From the NCBI GenBank assembly GCA_036650515.1, contig JAVVZO010000001.1, forward strand, positions 39,189 to 103,188: a stretch of DNA of 64,000 nucleotides, written 5' to 3'. The notes beneath the pieces are model-generated. The model saw nothing but the letters and a program-made list of their open reading frames with translations, made no database searches and was not told the origin of the DNA. The position numbers and the translations under genes were made by a program. Positions 20,674 to 32,967 of the stretch are shown piece by piece (the first letter of the stretch is position 1; the number at the start of each line of letters is the position of its first letter). This DNA is from Alistipes sp. GTDB lineage: Bacteria > Bacteroidota > Bacteroidia > Bacteroidales > Rikenellaceae.

Positions 20674-21909
20674 CTATTTGACAATCGTTTCAATTTGGCC
20701 GTCACTCACCTCGAGGAAGAGTGGTGTGCCGGCGGAGACTTCGGTGGTGGAGGTGATCGCCTTGCCGGCCACTCGGGCAATCGAAAATCCGAGTTTCAAC
20801 ACATGTGCTGGGGAGCGACTTTCGATGAGTTCCCGATTGGCAGTGAGTTGTGTCAGTTGACGTTGAATAAAATCTTGGGTGGAGAGTGGCAGTTCGCGGA
20901 TGTAGTTCTCTAAAGAGAAGCGACAGCGTGCGATCAAGGCACTACTGAGGCTCTCAATTTTGCCGTTCAACTGCTCCAAGCGGAGTTCATGACCGTGGGT
21001 GAGTGTTGCTGTTGCGTTTTGCAGTTGCAGGGCGGCATTATCGAGCCATCCCTCTATGCTGACCATGCGTTCCACCAACCAGCCGGCAACGGCGGTGGGC
21101 GTTTTGAGTGCGGTGTGAGCCACCATATCGGCTACGCTATTATCTTTATCGTGTCCAATGCCGGTGATCACAGGGATCGGAAATTGGGCGATGTATGAGC
21201 AGATTCGGTAGGCGTTGAAGCAGTTGAGGTCACTGGCCGAACCTCCGCCACGGATGATCACAACAGCATCGAAGGCCTCTTCTGTGGTGGCAATCTGTTC
21301 GAGTGCCTCCACGATGGATGCTTCGGCTGCCGCACCCTGCATAAAAGCATCGAAAAGCGTCAGTTGGAAGCGGTAGGGGCTTTGTCTGATCTCCTTGCAA
21401 AAATCTTGATAGCCGGCGGCGTTGGCGCTGGAGACAACGGCGATGCGTTGAAGCACAAAAGGCAAGGTTATCTCCCGATTCATCGTCCAAACCCCCTCTT
21501 TTTGGAGTTGGGCGATGGTCATCTGCCGTTGGCGCTCCATATCTCCCAAAGTATAGGAGGGGTCGAGGTCGGTAATTTGGAGTGAAAAGCCATAAAGTTC
21601 ATGGTAGTTAACCACCACCTTGGCCAATATTTTCAGACCACGGGTGAGCTTTTGACCCGCTTCCGCCTCGAAATAGGCGGCTAATTTGGCAAAGGCAGTG
21701 CGCCAAATCACTGCACGTGCTTGGGCTTGCGGCGTGCCATCACCCGTACCCTTCTCCACCAAATCAATGTAGCAATGTCCCGAAGCATTCACCTTGAGCT
21801 CTGAAATCTCTGCACTGATCCAAATAGGGAGTGGAAATCGCTCATCGAGCGAAGCTTTGACCTGCCGTTGTAGATCAACCAAGGTGATGTGGGTGTGCTG
21901 TGTGGCCAT
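20674..21909 (-). CDS. xseA: Exodeoxyribonuclease VII large subunit
   Basis: OB fold (ISELKVNASGHCY), RGGGS..DL..FN and GIGHDKD..VAD..KTPTA motifs. Confidence 0.93.
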   Translation of the reverse strand: MATQHTHITLVDLQRQVKASLDERFPLPIWISAEISELKVNASGHCYIDLVEKGTGDGTPQAQARAVIWRTAFAKLAAYFEAEAGQKLTRGLKILAKVVVNYHELYGFSLQITDLDPSYTLGDMERQRQMTIAQLQKEGVWTMNREITLPFVLQRIAVVSSANAAGYQDFCKEIRQSPYRFQLTLFDAFMQGAAAEASIVEALEQIATTEEAFDAVVIIRGGGSASDLNCFNAYRICSYIAQFPIPVITGIGHDKDNSVADMVAHTALKTPTAVAGWLVERMVSIEGWLDNAALQLQNATATLTHGHELRLEQLNGKIESLSSALIARCRFSLENYIRELPLSTQDFIQRQLTQLTANRELIESRSPAHVLKLGFSIARVAGKAITSTTEVSAGTPLFLEVSDGQIETIVK

Positions 21910-22449
21910 TTATTGAATAATTAAGGCGGGTTCTTGTGGTAAAATGCCCCCTTCGGGAAGCAAGATACTCAAAATCCGTTCACTGTCGACGGCTTGACCT
22001 GCTTTTGTGGCTGGGATCCAAGCCGGAGACTCCTCGATGCACTTTAAAATCAGACGTTTAAAACGGCTGTCAGTAGCTTCTAATATCTCCCCGATGACCA
22101 TCTTCCCTTCGGCGGTGATGGTGTAGCGGAGGATCAACCGAGCCGTGGGGTCGGTCTCTGTCCACCGGATCTGACGGGCGATGTATTGGTTGAAAGTGAG
22201 GCCGTCAAGATCAAACTGTGCTGGGGTGTCGTAGCGGAGGGTGATCAGCATAACTCCGTGATCGGCCTTCTCGCCATAGCGGGCGATTGTGGTCTCATCA
22301 GCGGGTAGCAGGTCGATCTTTTCAATGTCTGCTGGGGGAATGGAGTGGATCTCCGTGCGCTCCACACCATTGACGATGTAGATAGGTTCTTGTGCGAACG
22401 ATTGCAGCGACACAAAGGCCGCTGCAAGAAGTATCCCGTATTTATTCAT
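21910..22449 (-). CDS. Exported protein with a TonB-receptor plug-like segment and a TonB C-terminal-like domain
   Basis: Signal peptide ending SFA-QE. PIYIVNG..I..I..L......YG....GV..ITL is plug-like. The C-terminal half (FNQYIARQIRW...WIPA...G.AV) is TonB_C-like. Confidence 0.6.
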   Translation of the reverse strand: MNKYGILLAAAFVSLQSFAQEPIYIVNGVERTEIHSIPPADIEKIDLLPADETTIARYGEKADHGVMLITLRYDTPAQFDLDGLTFNQYIARQIRWTETDPTARLILRYTITAEGKMVIGEILEATDSRFKRLILKCIEESPAWIPATKAGQAVDSERILSILLPEGGILPQEPALIIQ

Positions 22450-22460
22450 GACTGCCTTTT

Positions 22461-23546
22461 TTATAACTCACTCTCCTTGAGTCGCTCAGCATTTTCAGCA
22501 ACAATCAAATGGTCGATACAATCTTGAATATCGCCATCCATAAAGGCGGCTAAATTATAGATGGTGTAGTTGATGCGATGGTCAGTAACACGCCCTTGCG
22601 GGTAGTTGTAGGTGCGGATTTTGGCCGATCGGTCTCCGGTGGAGACCATGGTTTTGCGCTTCGAGGCGATCTCATCAAGATATTTCGAGTATTCGAGGTT
22701 AAAGACGCGCGTGCGTAACTCCTCGAAGGCTTTATCGAAGTTTTTCATCTGTGACTTCTGATCCTGACACTGCACAACGATGCCTGTTGGAATATGGGTC
22801 AGTCGGATGGCTGAGTAGGTGGTGTTGACCGACTGTCCGCCCGGGCCACTGGAGCAGAAAATATCTTTACGCACGTCATTCATCGAGACCACAACGTCAA
22901 ACTCTTCAGCCTCAGGGAGCACGGCTACCGAAGCGGCCGAAGTGTGGATGCGTCCTTGTGTTTCCGTTTGGGGTACGCGTTGCACGCGATGTACACCGGA
23001 TTCATATTTCAGCGTGCCGTAAACACTCTTGCCCGTGACCTTCATGACAATCTCTTTGAAGCCACCCACAGCCCCATCGGAGAAGGAGGTGATTTCATAT
23101 TTCCAGCCCTTATTTTCGATGTATTTGGCATACATACGCATCAGATCACCGGCGAAAATGGCCGCCTCATCACCACCCGTACCGCCACGAATCTCCACGA
23201 TGGCGTTCTTCTCGTCTTGAAGATCTTTAGGAATCAGCAGTAGCTTAATCTCCTCCTCCATGCGTTCGATGGCGGGTTCTAATTCGTTGATCTCACCACG
23301 AGCCATCTCGCGCATCTCCTCATCTTTGTCATTGGCAAATATATCTTTGGCTTCGTTGAGGTTGGCCAAGGCCGTGCGAAATCGTTCCGAGGTTTCGATG
23401 ATGGGTTCCAACTCTTTGTACTCTTTGGTGAGTTGGATGAATTGCTTCACATCGGAGATCACTTCGGGATCGGTGAGCTTTTGCCCCGTCTCTTCGTATT
23501 TGAATTTCAGACCGTCAAGTCTTTGTAAAATGCTGCTATCAGCCAT
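22461..23546 (-). CDS. prfA: Peptide chain release factor 1
   Basis: GGQ motif, PQT (PxT) anticodon mimic, RTYNYPQGRVTDHRI. -7 element at 23567-23574. Confidence 0.97.
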   Translation of the reverse strand: MADSSILQRLDGLKFKYEETGQKLTDPEVISDVKQFIQLTKEYKELEPIIETSERFRTALANLNEAKDIFANDKDEEMREMARGEINELEPAIERMEEEIKLLLIPKDLQDEKNAIVEIRGGTGGDEAAIFAGDLMRMYAKYIENKGWKYEITSFSDGAVGGFKEIVMKVTGKSVYGTLKYESGVHRVQRVPQTETQGRIHTSAASVAVLPEAEEFDVVVSMNDVRKDIFCSSGPGGQSVNTTYSAIRLTHIPTGIVVQCQDQKSQMKNFDKAFEELRTRVFNLEYSKYLDEIASKRKTMVSTGDRSAKIRTYNYPQGRVTDHRINYTIYNLAAFMDGDIQDCIDHLIVAENAERLKESEL

Positions 23547-23631
23547 GGATGTTCTTATTTAGACGACAAAGATAGTGATAAGTTTAGAAAATTTATTCTG
23601 CTGTCTGTTGAAAGCTTTATCGGAGATAGAT

Positions 23632-26388
23632 TTAGAGGACAATGTTGATGATTTTACCCGGCACAACGATGATTTTTTTAGGGTTTTTGCCTTCGATCCA
23701 CTTTTGTACCTCCTCAATGGTGACGATGTCGGCCATGATCTCGGCGGCGGTCGTGGCTAAGGAGTAGCTCTTCTTGCAACGCAACTTGCCATTGACCGAA
23801 ATCGGATACTCAAAGTCACTCTCCACCAAATGGCGCTCATCGCAGGTTGGGTAGTGGGCATCACAGATGGAATCTGTATGTCCCATGCGCTCCCAAAGCT
23901 CTTCGGTCAGGTGGGGTGCAAAAGGTGAAAGCAGGATGGTGAGCGGTTCTAAAATAGCTCGTTTGTGGCAGTCTCCCAACTCGTTGAGACAGATCATAAA
24001 GGCGGAGACAGAGGTGTTGAATGAGAAGTTCTCAATATCCTCGCGCACTTTTTTGATGGTCTTGTGTAGCGACTTGAGTTCGGCTGCCGTGGGGGTGTCG
24101 TCCGTCCATGCGAAAGCATCTTGCTTGTCAAAAAACAACCGCCAAAATTTGCGTAAAAATTTGTGAACTCCGTCAATGCCATTGGTGTCCCACGGCTTCG
24201 ACTGCTCCAATGGCCCCAAAAACATCTCATACATCCTCAATGTATCTGCGCCGTAGGTTGCCACGATATAGTCGGGGTTGACCACGTTGTACATAGATTT
24301 CGACATCTTCTCTACCGCCCAGCCGCAGACATACTTGCCCTCTTCCAAGATAAATTCGGCATTGGCAAATTCGGGTCTCCATGCGCGAAAAGCCGCTTGG
24401 TCAAGCACATCGTTTTTGACGATGTTTACATCGACATGGATCTCTTGCGTTTCATAATTATCCTTGAGCCCAAAGGAGACAAATTGAGCTGTCCCCACGA
24501 TGCGATAGACGAAGTTGGAGCGACCTTGGATCATGCCTTGATTGACCAGCTTGCGGAAAGGTTCAGATTCGCAGACTTTACCGATGTCGAAGAGAAACAT
24601 ATTCCAAAAGCGGGAATACATCAAATGCCCCGTTGCATGTTCAATGCCACCCACATAGAGATCGACATTGCGCCAGTAGCTATTGGCTGCTTTGCCCACG
24701 AGCGCCTGATCGTTATGCGGATCCATATAGCGCAGGTAGTAGGCTGATGAGCCGGCAAATCCGGGCATGGTGGATTGCTCATATGGATAGCCCTCTATCG
24801 TGTTCCAATCTTTGACACGAGCCAAGGGTGGCTCACCCTGTTCTGTGGGACCGAAATTCTCAATGGGAGGCAATTCCAAAGGTAACTGCTCCGCTGTGAG
24901 GGCATAAGCGGTGTCATTTTTATAGTAAATGGGGAAAGGTTCACCCCAATATCGTTGTCGCGAGAAGATGGCATCACGCAACCGGTAGTTGGTGAGCTGT
25001 TTACCCAATCCGCGCACCTCAATCTCCTCAAACATCCGCTTGATGGCGGCTTTGACCTCCATCCCGTTGAGAAAATCGGAGTTGATCAGTCGACCTGCTT
25101 TGGCATCATAGGAGGCCTCGCTGACATCACCCCCGTCAACAACGGGAATGATTGGCAGGCCAAAATGGCGGGCAAAAGCATAATCTCGTGAGTCATGTGC
25201 TGGAACAGCCATGATAGCTCCTGTGCCATAGCCGGCCAATACATAGTCGGAGATGTAGATCGGAATCTCTTGGCCGCTCAAAGGGTGGATGGCATAAGCA
25301 CCTGTGGCCACGCCACTTACACGCTTGGTGTCGGCGATGCGTTCGCGTTCAGAACGCTTTTTGGCTTGGGTGATATACGCTTCAACAGCCTCTCGATTGG
25401 CTGTGGTTGTCAGCTCCTTAACCCATTCGTGTTCGGGGGCGATCACCATAAAGGAGACACCGAAAATGGTATCAGGGCGGGTGGTGAATATTTCGAGTTT
25501 CTTGTCTGTGTCCTTGAGTGAGAAGAAGACTTGAGCACCTTCAGAGCGACCAATCCAGTTGCGCTGGATCTCCTTGAGGGAGTCACTCCAATCGAGACAC
25601 TCCAGCCCCTTGAGCATACGTTCAGCGTAGGCAGTTACACGGAGTAACCATTGCTTCATGCGCTTCTGCTCGACCGGATAACCACCTCTGACCGAGAGCC
25701 CATCCTTGACTTCGTCATTGGCCAGCACCGTTCCTAACTGTGGACACCAATTTACCAAAGTGTCGGCACGGAATGCCAACCGGTAATTTTGTAGCGTTTG
25801 CTCGCGTGAAGGTTCGTCTTTTGCTTGCCATTCGGCGGCGGTGAAACGGAGCTCCTGTGTGCAGGCGGCATGGAGGTTTGCCGTACCATCGGTTTCGAAT
25901 TTTGCGATGAGTTTTGCGATGGGTTCGGCCTTTTGGGTTGTCTTGTCGTAGTAGTGGTTAAAGAGCTCCACAAAAACCCATTGCGTCCAGCGATAATAGC
26001 TTGGATCAGAGGTGTGAACCTCCCGATTCCAATCGAATGAAAATCCGATTTTGTCGAGCTGTTCGCGGTAGCGGGCGATGTTCTGTGCGGTGGTGATGGC
26101 CGGATGTTGCCCCGTCTGAATGGCATACTGCTCGGCCGGTAATCCAAAGGCATCGTAACCCATGGGATGGAGCACATTGAAACCACAGAGCCGCTTGTAA
26201 CGCGAATAGATGTCTGAAGCGATGTAGCCCAGCGGATGTCCCACGTGCAACCCCGCGCCTGAGGGGTAAGGGAACATATCCAGTACATAATATTTGGGAC
26301 GGTTCGTGTCTGTTTCCACGCGGTAGGTCTGACGCTCCCGCCAAAGCTGTTGCCACTTGGCCTCTAATTCTTTGAAATTATATTCCAT
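23632..26388 (-). CDS. leuS: Leucine--tRNA ligase
   Basis: [14 protein letters not shown] and KMSKS motifs. -7 element at 26417-26424. Confidence 0.97.
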   Translation of the reverse strand: MEYNFKELEAKWQQLWRERQTYRVETDTNRPKYYVLDMFPYPSGAGLHVGHPLGYIASDIYSRYKRLCGFNVLHPMGYDAFGLPAEQYAIQTGQHPAITTAQNIARYREQLDKIGFSFDWNREVHTSDPSYYRWTQWVFVELFNHYYDKTTQKAEPIAKLIAKFETDGTANLHAACTQELRFTAAEWQAKDEPSREQTLQNYRLAFRADTLVNWCPQLGTVLANDEVKDGLSVRGGYPVEQKRMKQWLLRVTAYAERMLKGLECLDWSDSLKEIQRNWIGRSEGAQVFFSLKDTDKKLEIFTTRPDTIFGVSFMVIAPEHEWVKELTTTANREAVEAYITQAKKRSERERIADTKRVSGVATGAYAIHPLSGQEIPIYISDYVLAGYGTGAIMAVPAHDSRDYAFARHFGLPIIPVVDGGDVSEASYDAKAGRLINSDFLNGMEVKAAIKRMFEEIEVRGLGKQLTNYRLRDAIFSRQRYWGEPFPIYYKNDTAYALTAEQLPLELPPIENFGPTEQGEPPLARVKDWNTIEGYPYEQSTMPGFAGSSAYYLRYMDPHNDQALVGKAANSYWRNVDLYVGGIEHATGHLMYSRFWNMFLFDIGKVCESEPFRKLVNQGMIQGRSNFVYRIVGTAQFVSFGLKDNYETQEIHVDVNIVKNDVLDQAAFRAWRPEFANAEFILEEGKYVCGWAVEKMSKSMYNVVNPDYIVATYGADTLRMYEMFLGPLEQSKPWDTNGIDGVHKFLRKFWRLFFDKQDAFAWTDDTPTAAELKSLHKTIKKVREDIENFSFNTSVSAFMICLNELGDCHKRAILEPLTILLSPFAPHLTEELWERMGHTDSICDAHYPTCDERHLVESDFEYPISVNGKLRCKKSYSLATTAAEIMADIVTIEEVQKWIEGKNPKKIIVVPGKIINIVL

Positions 26389-26757
26389 AGGATCTTGTCA
26401 AATTCGATATTGGGGACAAAAGTACAAAAAATTCAAGGTCAGAAATTCGATTCGTGCAATTATTTTAGTAGAAAGCAGGATGAGCGGGCGCGCAACTGCT
26501 TCTTAATCCCTTCACACATGGGGGTAAACCGGACGACTGGGAGGCAAAATAAGCGTGCGATAATAGTGTGTATGGGGCTCTGTGGATGCCGATTTGCATG
26601 CTTGAGTTGAATAACACATAAGCAAATACATATAAGTATTTAGATTCTATCAGAAAAAAGAATCGAAATCACCGTTTAAAAGGGATAAAACGCTGATAAA
26701 TCAGGCTAAAATGAGAATAAAAAGTGAATGGAAATAGTGCGTTGCAGGAAAAATGTG

Positions 26758-26765
26758 TATCTTTG
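26758..26765 (+). promoter_or_regulatory. -7 promoter element for the ribosomal superoperon
   Basis: TATCTTTG followed by CA, about 96 nt upstream of rpsL. Confidence 0.65.
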
Positions 26766-26861
26766 CAGTCCATTTGGACAATGGAAAACGAAATCGAGAG
26801 CCGGAAGCAAGCTCTCAAGCAAGAGTAGATTAACAAATTACAGGACAAAAAACGTTTTAAA

Positions 26862-27266
26862 ATGCCAACTATTCAACAGTTAGTAAGAAACGGACGAGTT
26901 TCGATGGAGGATAAGAGTAAGTCTCCCGCACTCGCAGCGTGTCCCCAGCGCAGAGGCGTATGTACACGTGTGTACACAACGACCCCTAAGAAGCCGAACT
27001 CGGCTATGCGTAAGGTGGCACGTGTTAAATTGACCAACGGCAAGGAGGTCAATGCCTACATCCCCGGTGAAGGCCATAACTTGCAAGAACACTCTATTGT
27101 ATTGGTTCGTGGCGGTCGCGTCAAGGATCTTCCGGGTGTTCGTTATCACTTGGTGCGCGGTGCACTCGATTCAGCCGGTGTCGACGGTCGTCGTCAGCGT
27201 CGTTCGAAGTACGGCACGAAACGCCCGAAGGCAGGAGCAGCTGCTCCCAAGACGGGTAAGAAATAA
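26862..27266 (+). CDS. rpsL: 30S ribosomal protein S12
   Basis: PKKPNSA and [13 protein letters not shown] motifs. Confidence 0.99.
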   Translation: MPTIQQLVRNGRVSMEDKSKSPALAACPQRRGVCTRVYTTTPKKPNSAMRKVARVKLTNGKEVNAYIPGEGHNLQEHSIVLVRGGRVKDLPGVRYHLVRGALDSAGVDGRRQRRSKYGTKRPKAGAAAPKTGKK

Positions 27267-27296
27267 TCCAACAACAATTAATTGGAATAAATAACA

Positions 27297-27773
27297 ATGA
27301 GAAAAGCTAAGCCAAAAAAGCGAATTCTACTTCCAGATCCCAAGTTCAGTGACGTGTTAGTTACACGTTTTGTGAACAACCTTATGCTGGATGGAAAGAA
27401 GAGTATTGCCTATGCCATTTTTTATGACTCCTTGGAGTTGGCAGGCAAGAAGATGAAGGATGCTGATAAATCTCCATTAGAAGTCTGGAAACAGGCTCTT
27501 GAGAACATCACGCCCCTCGTCGAAGTTAAATCAAAACGAATCGGAGGTGCTACGTTCCAAGTTCCTATGGAGGTTAGACCGGAGCGCAAGATTTCGATTT
27601 CTATGAAAAACCTTGTCCTTTACTCACGCAAGCGCGCCGGTAAGTCAATGGCAGAAAAACTCGCTGGAGAGATAGTAGATGCCTACAACCAGCAAGGTGC
27701 AGCCTTCAAACGTAAGGAAGAGATGCATCGTATGGCCGAGGCCAATAAGGCATTTGCACACTTTAGATTCTAA
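27297..27773 (+). CDS. rpsG: 30S ribosomal protein S7
   Basis: [10 protein letters not shown] and [13 protein letters not shown] motifs. Confidence 0.99.
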   Translation: MRKAKPKKRILLPDPKFSDVLVTRFVNNLMLDGKKSIAYAIFYDSLELAGKKMKDADKSPLEVWKQALENITPLVEVKSKRIGGATFQVPMEVRPERKISISMKNLVLYSRKRAGKSMAEKLAGEIVDAYNQQGAAFKRKEEMHRMAEANKAFAHFRF

Positions 27774-27780
27774 GAGACAG

Positions 27781-29895
27781 ATGGCAACAAGAGATTTACA
27801 CTACACGCGTAATATCGGCATTATGGCTCACATCGATGCCGGTAAGACCACGACATCCGAAAGAATCCTGTTTTATACAGGTAAAACTCATAAAATCGGT
27901 GAGGTGCATGAGGGCGGCGCTACCATGGACTGGATGGTTCAGGAGCAAGAGCGCGGCATTACCATCACTTCTGCCGCAACTACGGCCTTTTGGCAATATA
28001 AGGGACAGCAATATCAGATTAACCTGATTGACACCCCGGGACACGTTGACTTCACCGTTGAGGTGGAACGTTCGCTTCGTGTGTTGGACGGTGCCGTGGC
28101 CACATTCTGTGCTGTCGGTGGCGTAGAGCCTCAGTCGGAGACCGTATGGCGTCAGGCTGATAAGTATAACGTTCCCCGTATCGGTTACGTCAACAAGATG
28201 GACCGTACAGGTGCTGATTTCCTCTCTGTATGTGCGCAGATTAAGCAACACTTCGGTGCTACCGCACTTCCGGTTGTTCTGCCTATCGGCGCTGAGGATA
28301 CTTTCGTTGGCTTGGTAGACCTTATATATAATAAGGCGATTTATTACAATGACAATAAAACCGTTCGCGACAACTTCGAGATCAAGGAGATTCCTGATGA
28401 TATGAAGGAGGAGGCAGCGGAGTGGCGTGGCAAACTCATCGAAGAGGTTGCCGCTACCGATGAGGCATTGATGAATAAATTTTTCGAAGCTCCCGATACG
28501 ATTACTCCAGAAGAGTTGCTGAAGGCTATTCGCACAGCGACAATTTCTATGCAGATCGTGCCGATGCTTTGCGGTTCCTCTTTCCACAACAAGGGTGTAC
28601 AGAAGCTGTTGGACTACATCATGGAGTTCCTGCCTTCGCCAATGGATGTGAATGCGGTTACCGGTATCAATCCCAAAACAGATGCCGAGGAGACTCGTCA
28701 TGCTACCGAGACAGATCCATTCTGTGGTTTGGCTTTCAAAATTGCTACCGACCCATTTGTTGGCCGCTTGGCATTTGTCCGCATCTATTCTGGTAAGTTA
28801 GACGCTGGTTCTTATGTGCTCAATACACGTAGCAACAAGCGTGAGCGTATCAGCCGTATCTATCAGATGCACGCCAATAAGCAGAATCCTATGGAGACGG
28901 TTGGCGCTGGCGATATTTGTGCTGCTGTTGGTTTCAAAGAGATCCGCACGGGAGATACTCTCTGTGCTGAGAATGCACCTATCGTGCTGGAGCAGATTAC
29001 ATTCCCTGAGCCAGTGATTGGTTTGGCTGTTGAACCGAAGACACAGAAGGACTTGGATAAATTAGGTATTGCTTTGTCTAAACTCTCTGAAGAAGATCCG
29101 ACCTTTACCGTTCATACGGACGAAGATAGTGGCCAGACCGTCATCAGTGGTATGGGCGAGCTTCACTTGGATATTATTGTCGACCGTCTACGTCGCGAAT
29201 TTGGTGTCGAAATCAACCAAGGTGCACCTCAGGTGAACTACAAGGAGACCCTTACCAAGACGGTTCAGTACCGTGAGGTCTTCAAGAAGCAAACCGGTGG
29301 CCGTGGTAAATTTGCCGAAATCATCTTCGAGATCGGTCCTGCAGAACCAGGTACGATGGGTCTTACGTTTGTCGATGAGGTGAAAGGTGGTAACATTCCT
29401 AAGGAGTTTATCCCCGCAACCCAAAAGGGCTTCGCCGCTGCGATGACCAACGGTGCTCTTGCTGGCTACAAAATGGACTCGATGAAGATCACCTTGAAGG
29501 ATGGTTCTTTCCACCCTGTCGATTCCGATCAGCTCTCCTTTGAGATTGCCGCTCGTAACGGTTACCGTCACGCAGCACCTCAGGCCGGTTCGGTGATTAT
29601 GGAACCTATTATGTCGGTGGAGGTACTTACTCCTGAAGAAAATATGGGTGATATTATCGGAGACTTGAATAAGCGTCGTGGTCAAATCCAAGGTATGGAA
29701 TCAAAGGGTACTTCTCGTGTTGTGAAGGCGAAAGTTCCTCTGTCGGAGATGTTCGGTTACGTTACCGTGTTGCGTACAATTTCTTCCGGTCGCGCGACTT
29801 CTTCGATGGAATTCTCTCATTTCGACGAGGTTCCTGCTAATTTGTCCAAGGAGATCATTGAAAAGTCAAGTGGTAAACGTAAGGAAATAGAATAA
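27781..29895 (+). CDS. fusA: Elongation factor G
   Basis: [14 protein letters not shown] and DTPGHVDF motifs. Start MATRDL. Confidence 0.99.
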   Translation: MATRDLHYTRNIGIMAHIDAGKTTTSERILFYTGKTHKIGEVHEGGATMDWMVQEQERGITITSAATTAFWQYKGQQYQINLIDTPGHVDFTVEVERSLRVLDGAVATFCAVGGVEPQSETVWRQADKYNVPRIGYVNKMDRTGADFLSVCAQIKQHFGATALPVVLPIGAEDTFVGLVDLIYNKAIYYNDNKTVRDNFEIKEIPDDMKEEAAEWRGKLIEEVAATDEALMNKFFEAPDTITPEELLKAIRTATISMQIVPMLCGSSFHNKGVQKLLDYIMEFLPSPMDVNAVTGINPKTDAEETRHATETDPFCGLAFKIATDPFVGRLAFVRIYSGKLDAGSYVLNTRSNKRERISRIYQMHANKQNPMETVGAGDICAAVGFKEIRTGDTLCAENAPIVLEQITFPEPVIGLAVEPKTQKDLDKLGIALSKLSEEDPTFTVHTDEDSGQTVISGMGELHLDIIVDRLRREFGVEINQGAPQVNYKETLTKTVQYREVFKKQTGGRGKFAEIIFEIGPAEPGTMGLTFVDEVKGGNIPKEFIPATQKGFAAAMTNGALAGYKMDSMKITLKDGSFHPVDSDQLSFEIAARNGYRHAAPQAGSVIMEPIMSVEVLTPEENMGDIIGDLNKRRGQIQGMESKGTSRVVKAKVPLSEMFGYVTVLRTISSGRATSSMEFSHFDEVPANLSKEIIEKSSGKRKEIE

Positions 29896-29904
29896 GCATA
29901 CAAT

Positions 29905-30210
29905 ATGAACCAGAAAATTAGAATCAAGTTAAAGTCATTCGATCACAACCTCGTCGATAAGTCGGCAGAGAAGATCGTGAAGACCGTGAAGAGTACAGGT
30001 GCCGTTGTAAGCGGTCCGGTGCCCCTTCCGACACACAAGCAGATTTTCACCGTGAACCGCTCGACCTTCGTCAACAAGAAAGCGCGCGAACAGTTCCAAC
30101 TCTGCACATTCAAACGTATTCTCGACATCTATTCGTCGACCCCGAAAACCATCGACGCCCTGATGAAGCTTGAGCTTCCTTCAGGTGTGGAGGTTGAAAT
30201 CAAGGTCTGA
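29905..30210 (+). CDS. rpsJ: 30S ribosomal protein S10
   Basis: [11 protein letters not shown] and GPVPLPT motifs. Confidence 0.99.
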   Translation: MNQKIRIKLKSFDHNLVDKSAEKIVKTVKSTGAVVSGPVPLPTHKQIFTVNRSTFVNKKAREQFQLCTFKRILDIYSSTPKTIDALMKLELPSGVEVEIKV

Positions 30211-30296
30211 TAGAGCGGTTTCGGTATGCGTCTATGAAGATATAAGGAACAAAACAAAAAGATCACTTTATTATTAACAAACGTAATTTGACAAAA

Positions 30297-30911
30297 ATGT
30301 CAGGACTAATTGGAAAGAAAATCGGAATGACTTCCGTTTACAGTGCCGAGGGTAAAAACATACCATGCACTGTCATTGAGGCTGGTCCGTGTGTAGTTAC
30401 GCAAATCAAGACCGTAGAGCATGATGCTTATGAAGCGATCCAGATTGCCTATGACGACAAGAGTGAAAAGCACACCAGCAGCAGTTTGTTAGGACACTTC
30501 AAAAAAGCCGGTACTACCCCTAAGCGCAAGATGGCTGAATTCAAGGGTATGCCAGAAGTGACTTTAGGAGAGACACTTACTGTCGACCTATTCTCGGAAG
30601 AGGATTGGGTAGACGTAACAGGAATCTCTAAAGGTAAAGGCTTCCAGGGTGTAGTAAAACGTTACGGCTTTGCCGGTGTGGGTGGTCAAACCCACGGTCA
30701 GCATAACCGTGCACGTAAGCCGGGTTCGCTCGGAGCTTCATCCTATCCGTCTCGTGTCTTCCCCGGCAAGCGATTACCGGGTCAGATGGGTGGCGATCAG
30801 GTAAAGGTTATGAACCTGAAAGTTTTAAAAGTAATTCCTGAGAATAACCTCATCCTTGTAAAAGGATCGATTCCGGGAGCAAAAGGTGCTTATTTAACAA
30901 TTGAGAAGTAG
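30297..30911 (+). CDS. rplC: 50S ribosomal protein L3
   Basis: [12 protein letters not shown] and SKGKGFQG motifs. Confidence 0.99.
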   Translation: MSGLIGKKIGMTSVYSAEGKNIPCTVIEAGPCVVTQIKTVEHDAYEAIQIAYDDKSEKHTSSSLLGHFKKAGTTPKRKMAEFKGMPEVTLGETLTVDLFSEEDWVDVTGISKGKGFQGVVKRYGFAGVGGQTHGQHNRARKPGSLGASSYPSRVFPGKRLPGQMGGDQVKVMNLKVLKVIPENNLILVKGSIPGAKGAYLTIEK

Positions 30912-30913
30912 TC

Positions 30914-31540
30914 ATGGAATTAGCTGTTTTAAACACACAAGGAAAAGAGACCGGTCGTAAAGTAGTTCTTTCCGACGCAGTCTTCGGCGTGGAGGCTAAT
31001 GACCACGCTATTTACCTCGACGTGAAGCAATACCTCGCTGATCAGCGTCAGGGAACTCACAAATCGAAACAACGCAATGAAGTTGCAGGTTCGACGCGTA
31101 AGCTGAAACGTCAAAAAGGTACGGGCGGTGCTCGTTCAGGTAGCATTAAGTCTCCTCTCTTCCCGGGTGGTGGCCGTATTTTCGGTCCAGTACCTCGCGA
31201 TTATAGCTTTAAGCTGAACAAAAAGCTCAAGCAATTAGCTCGTCGCAGCGCACTTACTTATAAGGCACAGGCAGGCGTGATCTGCGTGGTCGAAGCGCCC
31301 GCTTTGGATGCTCCTAAGACCAAGACGATCATGGCTATGGTGAATAGCCTGAAAGTTGTTGAAAGAAGGGTATTGTTGGTTCTCCCAGAGACCAATGTCA
31401 ACCTTCAGATCTCTTGCCGCAACCTCCCCAATGTAAGGACCATTTTGGCATCGAATGTAAATACTTACGATGTGATGAATGCCTCTTCTGTGGTGATGGT
31501 TGAAGGTGCGGAAAATGTTTTGAATGTAATGTTAGCTTAA
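30914..31540 (+). CDS. rplD: 50S ribosomal protein L4
   Basis: RQGTHKSK and RQKGTGGAR motifs. Confidence 0.99.
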   Translation: MELAVLNTQGKETGRKVVLSDAVFGVEANDHAIYLDVKQYLADQRQGTHKSKQRNEVAGSTRKLKRQKGTGGARSGSIKSPLFPGGGRIFGPVPRDYSFKLNKKLKQLARRSALTYKAQAGVICVVEAPALDAPKTKTIMAMVNSLKVVERRVLLVLPETNVNLQISCRNLPNVRTILASNVNTYDVMNASSVVMVEGAENVLNVMLA

Positions 31541-31552
31541 AATCGTAGACAG

Positions 31553-31843
31553 ATGGAAATTATCATTAAGCCTATTTTGACCGAAAAGATGACGATTCAG
31601 GGCGAAAAATTGAACCGTTACGGTTTTATCGTTGACGTGAAAGCTAATAAGCTCCAGATTCGTAATGCCGTAGAACAACACTACAATGTTGTTGTGACAG
31701 ATGTTAACACCGTGAACTGTATGGGTAAACTCAAGAGCCGCAATACCAAGGCTGGGTTACTTCAAGGTCGCGCGAATAACTCCAAAAAGGCGTTTGTCAC
31801 CTTGAAAGATGGAGATAAGATCGATTTTTACAGTAATATCTAA
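31553..31843 (+). CDS. rplW: 50S ribosomal protein L23
   Basis: KPILTEK and KKAFVTL motifs; operon position. Confidence 0.98.
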   Translation: MEIIIKPILTEKMTIQGEKLNRYGFIVDVKANKLQIRNAVEQHYNVVVTDVNTVNCMGKLKSRNTKAGLLQGRANNSKKAFVTLKDGDKIDFYSNI

Positions 31844-31848
31844 AGGAG

Positions 31849-32673
31849 ATGGCAGTAAGAAAGTTTAAACCGGTAACAGCCGGCACGAGACATAAGATTA
31901 TCGGTACGTTCGAGGAGATTACCACGAACATTCCAGAGAAATCGTTGCTGAGCCCCAAAAAGAGCTCGGGAGGTCGTAATAGTTCGGGTAAGATGACGGT
32001 TCGCAATATTGGCGGCGGTCACAAACAAATGTATCGTAACATCGATTTCATTCGCTCGAAGGACGGTATCCCCGCAACTGTAAAGACCGTGGAGTACGAT
32101 CCAAATCGTACAGCACGTATTGCATTGATTACCTATGCAGATGGTGAGAAGAGTTATATTCTTGCCCCTAATGGACTGCAGGTGGGTCAAACTATTCAGA
32201 GCGGAAGCGGTGTCGCTCCCGAAGTGGGAAATTCACTCCCCTTGAGTGAGATTCCTCTCGGAACGGTGATCCACAATATTGAACTCTACCCAGGCCAAGG
32301 TGCGGCAATGGTTCGCTCCGCAGGCTCGTATGCTCAACTTTTGGCACGTGAAGGCAAATACGCCATCATTAAATTGCCTTCAGGAGAGACTCGTATGGTA
32401 CTCGTTACTTGCCGTGCTACGGTGGGTGTGGTCTCGAATGCAGACCATAGCCTCGAATGCGCAGGTAAGGCTGGTCGTGAGCGTTGGATTGGGCATCGTC
32501 CCCGTACTCGTGGCGTGGTTATGAACCCGGTAGATCACCCAATGGGTGGTGGTGAAGGCCGTGCGTCGGGTGGACATCCTCGTTCGCGTAAGGGTCTGCT
32601 TGCCAAGGGTTACAAGACTCGTAATCCGAAGAAGACGACCTCGAAATTTATTATTTCCAAAAAGAAAAAATAA
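31849..32673 (+). CDS. rplB: 50S ribosomal protein L2
   Basis: [12 protein letters not shown] and [13 protein letters not shown] motifs. Confidence 0.99.
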   Translation: MAVRKFKPVTAGTRHKIIGTFEEITTNIPEKSLLSPKKSSGGRNSSGKMTVRNIGGGHKQMYRNIDFIRSKDGIPATVKTVEYDPNRTARIALITYADGEKSYILAPNGLQVGQTIQSGSGVAPEVGNSLPLSEIPLGTVIHNIELYPGQGAAMVRSAGSYAQLLAREGKYAIIKLPSGETRMVLVTCRATVGVVSNADHSLECAGKAGRERWIGHRPRTRGVVMNPVDHPMGGGEGRASGGHPRSRKGLLAKGYKTRNPKKTTSKFIISKKKK

Positions 32674-32690
32674 TTAAATAAGAGTACATA

Positions 32691-32960
32691 ATGAGCCGTT
32701 CATTAAAAAAAGGACCATTCATTGATCCGAAGCTTGAGACAAAAGTTCTCGCTCAAGCCGAGGGCAGTAAAAAGTCTGTCATTAAGACTTGGTCGCGAGC
32801 AAGTATGATTTCACCTGACTTTGTGAGCCAGACGATAGCTGTTCATAACGGAAATAAGTTCATTCCCGTTTATGTTACAGAGAATATGGTGGGTCACAAA
32901 CTCGGTGAGTTTGCGTCAACGCGTAACTTCCGTGGTCATGCAGGTAATAAGAAAAAATAG
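32691..32960 (+). CDS. rpsS: 30S ribosomal protein S19
   Basis: [10 protein letters not shown] and GHKLGEF motifs. Confidence 0.99.
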   Translation: MSRSLKKGPFIDPKLETKVLAQAEGSKKSVIKTWSRASMISPDFVSQTIAVHNGNKFIPVYVTENMVGHKLGEFASTRNFRGHAGNKKK

Positions 32961-32967
32961 GTAGAAA

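Noticed and set aside
27796-28701. Long antisense ORFs over fusA, leuS, secY, kdd and others
   Set aside because: Shadow ORFs opposite well-supported genes, with no recognisable domains.
29895-29905. No tuf gene after fusA
   Set aside because: Normal for Bacteroidota, where tuf lies elsewhere.
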